A stretch of 63,732 bases of DNA, filler included, from Octopus bimaculoides (GCF_001194135.2; 8 parts of 8 records of this genome joined end to end with filler, not necessarily neighbours in it); one strand, 5' to 3'; counted from the first letter of the whole stretch, positions 51,301 through 62,650 are shown. Program-made: numbers and translations. Notes: generated by a model from the letters alone, not told the origin.

Positions 51301-52353
51301 TCCAGAAGTAGTAGCCAGAAAAGGTGGATGGTTAAATGACCTTTCTTTGTTCCTTTAATTTCATGCTAACACATCGCCAATCCCCCACATAGGTATCCCT
51401 GTGACCTTCCAGTTTGACCTGACCTATGACCCATTTAAACCCACAACTGCCATGTCTTCTTGTCTGTTTACAGGGAGTTCCGTAACTTCAAACCATTCCC
51501 AGAAGGTTACGTTGGTCTACTTCCTCGGAGGCATCACCTACGCCGAGATCGCGGCCCTTCGTTTCCTGGCTCAACAAGATGACGGCAATGTTGGTGAGTA
51601 CCATTTCTGTCTCTGTTTTTTTGTTAGATCACATGACCATTCATATCATCATCATCATCATCATCATCGTTTAACGTCCGCTTTCCATGCTAGCATGGGT
51701 TGGATGATTTGACTGAGGACTGGTGAAACCGGATGGCAACACCAGGCTCCAATCTGATTTGGCAGAGTTTCTACAGCTGGATGCCCTTCCTAACGCCAAC
51801 CACTCAGAGAGTGTAGTGGGTGCTTTTACGTGTCACCTGCACGAAATCCACCCAGTGCTGGATTAACTATTAAGCAAAATAAGCACGTGATTAGGGCACC
51901 AAGGGAAGGAGGAGGGGCACCACAGAAATGGTAAATGGTTTACGGCACAAAAGAAATCACTTTAAACTTGCTAAAATAATATTCAGAATGTCTTTGTCTC
52001 TACTAAGTATAGATGCAGATGTGTTACCTAAGATTAATTTTGAGGATCTGATCAAAGACTTTGCAATTCAAAAAAGTAGAAGGAATTAAGCAAGTTGCCA
52101 TACCAGAAATATAGCATCAGTGGTGCTTCTACCTGGCACAAAACCAAACTGCATCTCATGATGATCATGATGATGATGATGTTTAACTGTTATTTATTCT
52201 GTTGATCTCTCACTGTTTCTCTCTCTCTCTCTCTCTCCTTGCCCTACAGGTGGTACAGACTACATAATTGCCACGACCAAACTGATTAACGGAAACAGCC
52301 TGCTGGAGTCTGTGATGGAGAAATTGGAACCAGCGAAAGTAAACCCATTTTGA
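41595..52353 (+). CDS. VPS33A: VPS33A (Sec1/Munc18-family HOPS/CORVET subunit), 3' ten coding exons; 5' exons not in window
   Basis: Exons 41595-41769, 42612-42808, 44024-44114, 45082-45156, 46198-46277, 47515-47601, 49651-49782, 50547-50715, 51474-51593, 52250-52353. All have AG/GT boundaries and compatible phases; total 1230 nt = 409 aa + stop. Motifs [43 protein letters not shown] and IATTKL.NG match human VPS33A as recalled. Confidence 0.96.
41845..42243 (-). mobile_element. SINE family A (tRNA-like head, (CA)n spacer, about 190-bp tail)
   Basis: Head AGGCGCAGGAGTGGCTGTGTGG (A box)...GGTTCAGTCCC (B box). Other copies or parts: 1-52, 2820-3293, 5875-6037, 10405-10568, 11511-11700, 24136-24470, 35370-35585, 42250-42435, 45190-45341, 45705-46105, 51037-51190, 55835-56047. 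Confidence 0.9.
42612..42808 (+). CDS. VPS33A: VPS33A exon
   Basis: tcag|NVKLPAEKF...[26 protein letters not shown]|gtaagt. Confidence 0.93.
43139..43632 (+). repeat. 26-bp minisatellite, about 19 copies, inside a family-D SINE
   Basis: Unit GCACTGGTGATGGTGCCACGTAAAAA, head-to-tail with no spacers. Confidence 0.92.
44024..44114 (+). CDS. VPS33A: VPS33A exon
   Basis: tcag|[30 protein letters not shown]|gtgagt. Confidence 0.92.
44324..44995. mobile_element. Three tandem piggyBac-type MITE copies (44324-44545, 44570-44795, 44827 to about 44995 truncated)
   Basis: TTAA|CCCTTT...AAAGGG|TTAA termini; about 225-bp homologous bodies. Confidence 0.85.
45082..45156 (+). CDS. VPS33A: VPS33A exon (repeated at 45602-45669)
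   Basis: ccag|[25 protein letters not shown]|gtaaga. Confidence 0.9.
45705..46105 (-). mobile_element. SINE family A, full copy
   Basis: Collinear with 41845-42243. Confidence 0.9.
46198..46277 (+). CDS. VPS33A: VPS33A exon
   Basis: gtag|[27 protein letters not shown]|gtaaac. Confidence 0.92.
46455..46680 (+). mobile_element. SINE family B copy
   Basis: Collinear with 62817-63030. Confidence 0.88.
47515..47601 (+). CDS. VPS33A: VPS33A exon
   Basis: ccag|[29 protein letters not shown]|gtaagt. Confidence 0.95.
47963..48085. repeat. Near-perfect long palindrome (arms of about 55-60 bp, 2-nt loop)
   Basis: AAATAGAGAAAAGGATAAAGAGAACAATGGTAAAGTTAGA...GG...TCTAACTTTACCATTGTTCTCTTTATCCTTTTCTCTATTT. 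Confidence 0.93.
48262..48358 (+). ncRNA. Degenerate hammerhead-like relic (G12>A)
   Basis: CTGATGA-GCGTAGGG...TCCTAGTGC-AAAAC CGATCG TT. Helix I is interrupted (GGCT/AGCC only). Confidence 0.35.
48787..49556 (+). mobile_element. SINE family C (appears twice across a 99-N gap)
   Basis: 48787-49051 is identical to the start of 49151-49556. Confidence 0.88.
49651..49782 (+). CDS. VPS33A: VPS33A exon
   Basis: gcag|[44 protein letters not shown]|gtaagg. Confidence 0.95.
50547..50715 (+). CDS. VPS33A: VPS33A exon
   Basis: tcag|[40 protein letters not shown]...LRKR|gtgagt. Confidence 0.95.
51474..51593 (+). CDS. VPS33A: VPS33A exon
   Basis: acag|[39 protein letters not shown]|gtgagt. Confidence 0.93.
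52250..52353 (+). CDS. VPS33A: VPS33A terminal coding exon
   Basis: acag|[33 protein letters not shown]. Confidence 0.93.
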
Positions 52354-52392
52354 GTATGACTAAAACAACCATCAGCACTAACAGCATGTATA

Positions 52393-52434
<42 letters not shown>

Positions 52435-52617
52435 TATACATGTATATGCTATGCCCAGCATGGAAGATGGCTGTTAAACAATGAGAAAGATACATACACA
52501 CACAAGTGTGTGTTTATATATACATATATGCACTTGTACATGTATGTATGATTATATACACACACACTTATGTGTGTGTGTGTGTGTGTGTGTGTATAAT
52601 CATACATGTATGTACAA

Positions 52618-52650
<33 letters not shown>

Positions 52651-53588
52651 NNNNNNNNNNNNNNNNNNNNNNNNNNNNNNNNNNNNNNNNNNNNNNNNNN
52701 NNNNNNNNNNNNNNNNNNNNNNNNNNNNNNNNNNNNNNNNNNNNNNNNNNNNNNNNNNNNNNNNNNNNNNNNNNNNNNNNNNNNNNNNNNNNNNNNNNNN
52801 NNNNNNNNNNNNNNNNNNNNNNNNNNNNNNNNNNNNNNNNNNNNNNNNNNNNNNNNNNNNNNNNNNNNNNNNNNNNNNNNNNNNNNNNNNNNNNNNNNNN
52901 NNNNNNNNNNNNNNNNNNNNNNNNNNNNNNNNNNNNNNNNNNNNNNNNNNNNNNNNNNNNNNNNNNNNNNNNNNNNNNNNNNNNNNNNNNNNNNNNNNNN
53001 NNNNNNNNNNNNNNNNNNNNNNNNNNNNNNNNNNNNNNNNNNNNNNNNNNNNNNNNNNNNNNNNNNNNNNNNNNNNNNNNNNNNNNNNNNNNNNNNNNNN
53101 NNNNNNNNNNNNNNNNNNNNNNNNNNNNNNNNNNNNNNNNNNNNNNNNNNNNNNNNNNNNNNNNNNNNNNNNNNNNNNNNNNNNNNNNNNNNNNNNNNNN
53201 NNNNNNNNNNNNNNNNNNNNNNNNNNNNNNNNNNNNNNNNNNNNNNNNNNNNNNNNNNNNNNNNNNNNNNNNNNNNNNNNNNNNNNNNNNNNNNNNNNNN
53301 NNNNNNNNNNNNNNNNNNNNNNNNNNNNNNNNNNNNNNNNNNNNNNNNNNNNNNNNNNNNNNNNNNNNNNNNNNNNNNNNNNNNNNNNNNNNNNNNNNNN
53401 NNNNNNNNNNNNNNNNNNNNNNNNNNNNNNNNNNNNNNNNNNNNNNNNNNNNNNNNNNNNNNNNNNNNNNNNNNNNNNNNNNNNNNNNNNNNNNNNNNNN
53501 NNNNNNNNNNNNNNNNNNNNNNNNNNNNNNNNNNNNNNNNNNNNNNNNNNNNNNNNNNNNNNNNNNNNNNNNNNNNNNNNNNNNNNNN

Positions 53589-53594
53589 GTTAAG
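53589..53594 (+). CDS. ENDOV: Probable 3' end of ENDOV exon 1 (rest in gap 52651-53588)
   Basis: Gap followed by G TTA AG|GTAAGA. A phase-2 donor that joins exon 2 as (W)-L-R-E-E, aligning with human W-K-R-E-Q as recalled. Only 6 nt are visible. Confidence 0.5.
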
Positions 53595-53831
53595 GTAAGA
53601 TCAACAAGAAAAGAACTTCATCCAGTGAGAGATAAATATTATTTAATGTATACAATATAAAGTTGTGAGTTACTAGTAATTTCTTGCTGTGGAGACATGT
53701 GGCTTAGCAGGTTGTAAAAACCTGTCTGGCCACATGTCTCCAAAGCCAGAAACTATTAGCTCTAATTTTTATATCTTTATACTGTGTGTATTAAATGATA
53801 TATATATGATATATATATATATATATATATA

Positions 53832-53964
53832 TGTTTGCGAGAGGTTGAGACTTCTTCAACCAGCTGGTCATGCTACTTCGGGCTGATGACGAGCAAAGAC
53901 TCAGAAACATGTCCCTGAATGCTGGCTAGGCTGGGTGGAGGAGTTTGTCTCCCCCTTGCAAACA
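53832..53964 (+). ncRNA. Type I hammerhead-ribozyme-like motif (core 53877-53919) on an extended rod-like helix I
   Basis: TTCGGG-CTGATGA-cGAGcaaagaCTCa-GAAACATGTC-CCTGAA. Helix I TTCGGG/CCTGAA, palindromic helix III ACATGT, predicted cleavage after C53913. Flanks pair over about 41 bp. Confidence 0.7.
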
Positions 53965-54130
53965 CAAGGACACAGTAAATGTCATGGCCGACAGGAAGCG
54001 GTCCAGCTTCCTAGGGCTAAACAGCAGTAGNNNNNNNNNNNNNNNNNNNNNNNNNNNNNNNNNNNNNNNNNNNNTTAATTAATTAANNNNNNNNNNNNNN
54101 NNNNNNNNNNNNNNNNNNNNNNNNNNNNNN

Positions 54131-54418
54131 AGCGGTCGGGACAAGGGACGACGGTCAAACGGTAATAGATGACGGATGCGATGTACGCATTCGCCACCTC
54201 CACTCGACCTTTCAAGGAGAGCTTCCTCTCAGCCCATTTCTGGGTGAGATTGGCCACCCTGTTCGTCACTTCTTCCCAGTTTTTCTCCAACTGGAGGTCC
54301 GGACCGAACCAGACCCCGAGCAGTTTAACGGGTCCGTCTGTCCAGCACCCTACGACACTGTTCAACGGCATGGACTTGCCCCTCCAGGTGCCTAGTTGCA
54401 AGCCCACTGACTTTTCCG

Positions 54419-54422
<4 letters not shown>
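54131..54422 (-). mobile_element. Tx1/L1-type LINE RT-thumb fragment
   Basis: VKLLGVWFG...NW...WAERKLSLKGRVEVANAYIASVIYY. Confidence 0.75.
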
Positions 54423-54449
<27 letters not shown>

Positions 54450-54772
54450 GGTTTCAAGTTTTGGCATAAGGTCAGCAATTTTGGAAGAGGGGCGAAATCA
54501 ATTACATTAACCTTAGTGTTCAACTGGTAATTGTTTTATTGACCCCGAAAGGATGAAGGGCAAAGTTAACCTTGGTAGAATTTGAATTTAGAACATAAAG
54601 ACAGATTAAATACCACAAAACATTTTGCCTGATGTGCTAACAATCCTGCCAGCTCACCTCCTTAATAATAATGACAATAAAAATTATAACAATTCTTAAT
54701 TCAGAAATTCAAATTAATCAATGTGTCAGTTCCATTAGAGATAGATTATTTCACATCATTTTTCTACTTCAG

Positions 54773-54941
54773 AGAAGAGGATTTACTCAGAGAAAAACTC
54801 ATATTGGAAGATGACAAGATATTTCAGGAAATCAGAGAAAATAAGGATGGTACTTATTACATTGGCGGCGTTGATGTTTCATTCCAAGATGATGGGAAAG
54901 CATGTATTGCTTTGGCTGTAGTAACATTTCCTGAATTAGAG
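54773..54941 (+). CDS. ENDOV: Endonuclease V exon (likely exon 2)
   Basis: tcag|A EEDLLREKLILEDD...YYIGGVDVSFQDDGKACIALAVVTFPELE|gtaatt. GGVDVSF carries the first catalytic Asp of EndoV; no further ENDOV exon recognised downstream in the window. Confidence 0.88.
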
Positions 54942-55469
54942 GTAATTTCAGCCTTGAATTTATCCCCCTTTTGGTGGATAATATCATCATCATCATCATT
55001 ATCATCATCTCCCTTTCTTTCTCCTCCTCCACTTCATCATCATCATCATTTTAACATTTACTTCACCATGCTTGTACTTTTCCAAGAGGTAGATTTTCTA
55101 CAGCAAGATGCCCTTCCTGTCACTGTTTCGAAGTAAAGCATTATTTCTCCATGATCACACATGTTTTTCAAGAAAAGACTGGAAATGAACAACATTGTCC
55201 ATTTACAACCGTCATGTGACATCAAGACAAGGACACACACATACACACAGAAACATCCATCCATAAATACACGCACACACAGAAACAAACACATGTAGGA
55301 AACACATTTTCTTTTGTGCAAGTTTCATTAAAAACACAGCTATATTCAAGTTTATATTTTTTATCTTAGACTTTTCTAATTCCATCATTATATAAGAAAC
55401 AAAACACACCACAAAGTAAACTCAGTATATATATATATATATACATACACATATATTGCCAGACATCTT

Positions 55470-55625
55470 GGTCCATAGTCATTTCCTCTGTGAGGTCCAA
55501 ATTCCTGAGATCAGTCCATATGTCTGTGCATGCCTTTCAATGCAATGTATGTCTGAAAGTTTGCAAATCTAATGGAGGCCTCAAAAGACATTTTAAGATC
55601 CACAAAGATCAGAACTTATCTGCAG
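55470..55625 (+). mobile_element. RTE-type LINE extreme 3' fragment (C2H2 finger)
   Basis: AFQCNVCLKVCKSNGGLKRHFKIH; homologous to 31600-31680. Confidence 0.6.
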
Positions 55626-55788
55626 CTCTTGGTGTAGGTACAGGAGGTGATCAAACTCTGCATAAGGAGTAGACAACCACCATATATANNNNNNNNNNNN
55701 NNNNNNNNNNNNNNNNNNNNNNNNNNNNNNNNTTAATTAATTAANNNNNNNNNNNNNNNNNNNNNNNNNNNNNNNNNNNNNNNNNNNN

Positions 55789-55845
<57 letters not shown>

Positions 55846-56339
55846 CTGTGTTTGTCCTCCCAACAATGCTTGACAACCGATGCTGGTGTGTTTACGTCAC
55901 CGTAACTTAGTGGTTCTGCAAAAGAGACCGATAGAATAAGTACTAGGCTTACAAAGAATAAATCCTGGGGTCGATTTGCTTGACTAAAGGCGGTGCTCCA
56001 GCATGGCTGCAGTCAAATGACTGAAACAAGTAAAAGAGTAAAAGAGTATATCTTCTATAATATAAATTGGACAAGGGCGATCATCATATTCTTTCTTGTC
56101 TTCAGGTTCACAGCCAAACGGCTTGGTGGATTCACATGAAAAGTGACACACATGTGGAGACGGGTGCATAAATTAGAACGCGGTTTGTATTTTTTCCTAT
56201 CCCCCATAGTTACCGAGAAAATCAATTAAAACTTTTCTAATGGAATTCCTCTGTTTGTTCCATCATTAAAACAACCAGTTGCTCACACAGCCGGCATATC
56301 CCATTTCACTAGCAACAAGGAGAGTACAGGATGACAGTC

Positions 56340-56770
56340 AGCCAAAGCCATTCATACATACATACATACATAACCTCTCTCTCCTTTTCTCTGTCAGTCA
56401 CTCACACGTTCACTCACTACAAAAAGTGAATAAAAATTTCACTTAACTCTTTCTCGGCCATACATATATGCATACATCTATGTATACATACATACACAAC
56501 AACCTGCGTGCATGTGTGTGTGTGTGTGTCACTGAAGCCATTCATACATACTTACATAACCTCTCTCTCTCTCTCTTGCCTTTTCTCTGTCAATCACTCA
56601 CACATTCACGCACTACAAAAAGTGAATTAAAAATTTCAGTTACCTCTCTCTCTCTTCTCTTTCTTTCTTTAACATATGTCATCAAACAGTAAACAGTTGG
56701 ACATATATCTCAAACAGTAAACATCTCAAACAGTAAACATCTCAAACAGTAAACAGTTGGACATGTATGC
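56340..56770 (+). repeat. About 190-bp imperfect tandem duplication plus short (CATCTCAAACAGTAAA) repeats
   Basis: AAGCCATTCATACATAC...AATTTCA occurs twice; a 16-bp unit repeats at 56690-56760. Confidence 0.7.
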
Positions 56771-57245
56771 AACAACGAAATCCCTCAAATTATTAGTCTT
56801 TCCACTTTATCACTGTGCAGGTGAGACCACAGAACAAACACAAATAAGTAAAGAAAATTCAAAAATTCAAACCATGGTTGAGTAGGCTACAAAAACATCA
56901 AAAATATACAATTTGCCACTCACTATGAATGCTTTTCATTGTTATATGAAGATCCCTGCAGATGGAAGTGAATGTGGTCTTGTTTCTGTTAAGGACATTG
57001 CTGATGCTGGGATTGCTTAGTATTCAAGCCAATATTACAAAGTCATCAATAAATGCAGATATCCAAGTTATACAGCCTATCCACTTCAACTTCCAATGAA
57101 TTTATTGTATTTACTTTTTATATAGTTCTCTATAATCATTCAAATGTTTTTTTTTTAAGTATTACTTCATTTAAAACAAACTTCACCACCTCATAACTTC
57201 TGACTCTCTTTTTAAGCAAGTTAAGCTACTGTTTTATTATAAGAA

Positions 57246-60200
57246 CTAGCAGAGATACCCGACGTTACCTAGTATAATTCTCAATGGAGTAGTCGTTCAA
57301 ATAAACTGAAAGACATCTGTCAAACACGACTATAGAAGTAATAATTTACAATGGTAACAATTTAAACTTGGTGGCCCTGAAGAGAGCCTTGGATTGTTCA
57401 CTCTTAAAAGTCCCAGTGGCAGAGCTGTCAGCAAAGACGACTCTGATTAGAGGTGGTGACCTTTAAGAAGTCCTTCACACCACTTTGATGTGTCATATTT
57501 GCTTTGCTTGTTATTTGAGATTGTAACCTAGAAAAGCATGTAAAAGTTGGTGGCCACAAAAACGGCCTTGGCAAGATCATGCTGGAATGTTAAAAAAATG
57601 TGTTAATAAGGGAAAAGTAGATTAGTTAAGTTAAAACTATGGAACATCGACAGCAAATCATGATAGCAACATATAAATGTGGAAAACAGACATTGAACAT
57701 TTATAATGTATAGCAAGAGCAACCTCAGAGGCATACATAGTAATGTCAAAAGGACAAAAATAGCACACGGATACAGCAAATGTAAGCATTTATACAAAAA
57801 TATGATTACTTGTTGGTGGATAGGGTGCCCACAAAACTTCCTTATAGACTATATTTTGGGTTTTCTCGCAAGTTGCAAAAGTAAATAGGTTATGTCGGCT
57901 CCCCACTTGAGAGCAGCCAACATATAGTTGACCATGGGAGGAGCACGGTTCTTCTAAATTAAGCCCTATGACCGTCAGCATCTGACCCTATGATTTGTTA
58001 ATGACATGGCAAAGCTGAGCCAGAGAGGGAATTGCAGCCTTCTGAATGTAAAAGGAATGTCTTTACTGGTTGGAATGAGAGGTATCCTTGGTATGAAGAC
58101 AGTATCCCCCTTACCACATCCTGTAAGTATTGTTACCTCAATATCATGAGACATCGCCTTTTGGACGACCAGACACATGCTATTGCAAAGCCTAGGGGGT
58201 CCAAATTCCTGAGGAGCATAATAGGGGGCATCTTTCTTAAGTTGCAATAAGTGTGGTGGCAATCCAGGAGGGCCGAGGGAGTTAAGAAATTCTGTGGGGT
58301 AATTAACAACTTCATCTGAATCAGCTTTAGAGTCAAGGGTCTTGTAGACGTGCAGGTTTCCAGGCAAGCACACTATGGGCTGTTCATTGATATTTCCAAC
58401 TATGTAGTTTTCTGAAGCCAATATTGCACGTTCACACAACCATTCTTGATTTGTGTGGTTCTTCTCAAGTTTAGGAAAAACAGACGTCTAAAACTCAACA
58501 AATGACTTAACGCATCTGCAAATCCTGGTGAGGTCCGCTGCACCATCTCCATCCAGTGGGACTTTGCCATCACCCAATGACAAAATGGCAGCAACAAAAC
58601 CTGCTGATGTCACATCGCCTTGCAGTTGTGCTCTCATGTTTGTTGTGTCAGCTTTCTTACATAACGCCAAAGTGGGGAGGCCTTAAGGTATGCACCAACC
58701 TCATCAGTCTGCGTACCTTTTGAGATTATGGGCAGAGTCTGTCAGAAGTCTCCATTTAACATGAAAGTGACACTTCCCATTTGTTCTTGACAGTCCCTGA
58801 TGTCTCTGAGTGACCAGTCTAATTGCCTTGAAAGCTGACTTGTGAGCCATTGTGTATTTGTCTCAAACAATTAGTAGGCAGCAGTTTAACACTAGGGCTT
58901 TTCCAGAACATTTGTTGATATTGTACATGGGTGTCTCAGATGATATCACATTGAGAGGAAGACTGAAGGCAGAATGGGCCGTCCTGCCACCAGGCAGCAA
59001 AGTTGCTGTAATGCCAAAAGAAGCCACAGCCAATGCGATGTTTCCGTATTGCTTCACTGCAGCGAGTAAAAGTTTGATTACAAATGTTTTGCCTGTGTCT
59101 CCAGGTCCGTCCAGGAAGAATATACCACTTCCCCGATTATGGATTGAATCAACGACAGTGTCGTAGGCTTGTTTTTGATCCATTAGAAGTTTTGGTTCAT
59201 TTTCTTCAACATACTTTTTGGGTTCGTTCACATCATTTGTCATTTTATGTAGAATGTCATTGGGAATGTCAGATGGCACATCTCGAAGTGTTTGTGGAAG
59301 CCCATATTTCTCTAAGACGTTTCCACACATTGAAACCACTCTGTCTTCAATATCAATCAGAGCTCTGTTATATATAGCTTGTGAAAAGCCGACATCTAAT
59401 TTTGGAGATTGCAATTGAGCAAGACACCTATATTCATCTGCAAAATCATCTTTAAACTTTTGCCATAAAGAGTAAGGATCGTTCAATTCACAGACGTGCA
59501 AGAGGATAGCAAAAAGTGCCCTTAGACTATGAGAAGATTGTGAGATGGCAGCTTCCGTCAAGGTTGCTCCCATTATGTACCATCTTCTAAAAGTCCACAT
59601 CTCAAGCAGGCTTCCTTGTATGTTCCGCAGGCGTATCCATCAACGGTTCTCAGATGAATGGAGCTGGTCGGCCCTCTTACCTCATGAAGCAGAAATCACA
59701 GGTAGAAGCATTCATGTTGGGTAAGGTGGACTGTACAAACTCGCCCAAGGCAATTGTTGAATTTATTGCCTGGAAGTCCAACCACCTCTTACCCTACCTT
59801 CCTTCGTAGCCATTTTGTCCAGTTCCATGTATGGTAAGACAGTATTTCAGAATACAGCAGAGTTCAAGCGAAGTCGTTGTGTTGACAAAGTTTGAAAAGA
59901 GCGGTGAGTATAGTTTCCTTTGGTGAGATCACTAGCTGAGCAGCTGTTGCCTCATTGAAATACACCCATTGACCATTTTCAAGGTGAATGGCAAGTTGTT
60001 CGATGTCGGGGTGCCAGTGGTGCAGTGGGAAGCTAAAAATGCACCAAACGGCTTCATTGCTGTTAATGTATCTGCCTGCTTGATAATCAGATACCTCGTC
60101 TCTACTGTTTTCCTGAAGACCAAAGATGGCAGCGTCCGACCCCTTGTTTATGTACTTACGTACGTATTTAATTGATTTTACTGAGTTGCAAAATTCGACG

Positions 60201-61100
60201 TTTATATGGCCGTTGAACACTTTCAAGAGGAGCGGGTAATATGGTGCTATCCAGCTGTTGTAGATTTCGCGTTCACCAACTTTTGCTGTGAACCCGCCGT
60301 CTTCAGGTCTCCTCCGCCTATACAAAGGATATCCATCACTGCCAGTCTGTGTTTCCGGTAAAAACGGCCTGGGATATGGTTTTGTACACTTTCTGTTGTG
60401 TATGCATGGGGACTTCATATTGAGTCCATGTCCGCAAGGACCATGTTCCATGTTTGATGTAACTACAGAGAAAGAGGTCCTTGTCAATCGATGGCTCAAG
60501 TAGTTTGGCAGAAATGAATTTGTCGATGTTTGAACTGATTTTTGCAACCAACCAAATCAAGATATGGGCATGCGGCAGCCCTCATTTCTGCCATTCAACC
60601 ATGTACATGTCACACCTGACAGGTCCAAAAGCCTGTCCTTTCTTTAATAAATCGATTAATTTGGATAATTCGAGGCGAAACACTCTTGTTATGAGATCGT
60701 GCCTGTGTCTTGACGCTTGACCATGGAACAGTTCATTTGTAATCTCCTTCCACTTGGAATTGCATGTAAACATTATGAAAAGGTTGGGCTGCCCATAATG
60801 TTGTACATAAGTCATGATGCCCCGAGTCCTCTCGTGCATGTATTGGGGTCCCCCTGTGAATGTTGAAGGCAAAATACACACTTGTCCTAAATTGTCTGGG
60901 GATCATCATTGTTAATTCGATCACGTAGATGAATGTAGCATTCAGATTGAAGTTTCTTTTGATTTAATTTAATGAACCATAATCTCTCAGATTCCATTTT
61001 AATGGCCACGTCAACAGCAAATTGTTAGAAAAGGTCCCGAGAACAGTGAAGATGGTTGAATGAATTGTCTCTGTTATGTATTCTTTTGTTCTTTATGGGA
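57246..61100 (-). mobile_element. Helitron (HUH Rep + PIF1 helicase), near full length, with frameshifts and stops
   Basis: Rep motifs ILPSTFTGGP.YM, FTCN, EWQK*GLPHAH, HINVE.C.S.KSIKY; helicase LDGPGDTGKTF, GLPPH.L.LK, RLQFPL. 3' end is a degenerate hairpin then CTAG followed by T (57249-57245). The 5' boundary is approximate. Confidence 0.93.
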
Positions 61101-61684
61101 TAATAAACAACTCACTGAAGGCATTGTTATGTTTCTACGTGTTTACTTTATTTGACATGTTTACAAACCGTGTCTATAGCGGAGTGATACACGCTGTGTG
61201 CATCTGCCTTAAACACAGTTCATACTGCTTAGTGGATGCGCTTAACAAAATAGTACTACTAGTGAAGATGTATTCATATATACGTATACCTACGCATGCA
61301 CATAGATGTGAACATATAACATCCCTTCTTCTTATAGAAGTAATCTCCCTTACACTAATGGATTGTCAGCGCGAGGGTGGCAATCCTGCAGCAGAAACCG
61401 TGGGATTATTCTGCCCACACACATGGTTTTTCTGCTTCCTAATCTAGCAGAAGTAATTGTTTTATTATTTTTCTCTTTTAACGGTATCGAATCGGTGGTA
61501 AAATGTTCGATCTCCATCTGGTGGATCTTGTGCTCTGCACTGGTGTCTGAGGTGTGTTGTNNNNNNNNNNNNNNNNNNNNNNNNNNNNNNNNNNNNNNNN
61601 NNNNTTAATTAATTAANNNNNNNNNNNNNNNNNNNNNNNNNNNNNNNNNNNNNNNNNNNNTTATGTGTATATATATATATATAA

Positions 61685-61727
<43 letters not shown>

Positions 61728-62650
61728 TACACACATATACATAGTGTATATATACACTCTCTCTCTCTGAAGGTGTTGCTCCAGCATGGCTTAAAACAAA
61801 GAATAACATGATAGGTTGATGAGCTCTTTCATACCTTCTATATACGTATTCATATTTGCTTCTAAAGTTATTTAGTATATGTTTAAATAACCATGTTTGT
61901 TTTTTCCAGTTTATCTTCCAATCAATAATTTATTTTGAGACAAGAAAAAATATGTATTAATGCTACCTTAGTGAGTTTTCATCATTATACAGTGCCAAAG
62001 GCAAAAAAAAAAATAAATAAATAAAAGAAATAGTAACAGCTATAGGTATTTGAATGGCTTAACTAGATGACTGATATGATATCACTAGAATTGGAGGAGA
62101 GAATTGACAAGAGTAGCAACCAAAAACTGAAGATATTGTAATGAAGAAACAATTAATATTTCATTAGAACTAAATTAGAATTTTGCACAGTCAACAAAAA
62201 CAATATTTATTTCTAATATCTGTGGTTCCCAGTGGATGAGAAACAAATATCCTCATGGAGAGGATACCAATCTATAAGTAACAGGTGTTTTTGTTTTGGT
62301 TGCTGTTTTTTGTTTTTTTTTTGTCAGCAGAAGCTTGTGCTGTGAAAACAACAAATCAATGAAATAAAATGTGAAGTTTCATATCTGGTTAGAGAGATGA
62401 CTGATACCAGTGCGTAGAACCATATTGGAGCAATATGATGTATGTTGTGGCAATTCGCTACTCATCAGCTCATTTTGTACCTTACTGATTTGTACTTTTT
62501 AACAACTGAACAGTTAATTCTCCTCTGTCACAATATTACTTAACAGTATAGCTACCATCATCATCACCATCCTCCTTCTATTACCATCACCATCATTATA
62601 ATTCTATATTCATGAGGTGAGGAATTTATATTAATGTGTTCAATGCAAGA

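Noticed and set aside
51714-51740. CTGAGGA-ctggt-GAAAC in family-D SINE antisense tails
   Set aside because: Only 5 nt between the boxes (no helix II) and no NUH triplet or helix I.
56930-56980. LLYED-like string as the next ENDOV exon
   Set aside because: No acceptor, an early stop, and no YVSGFLAFRE-like motif follows.
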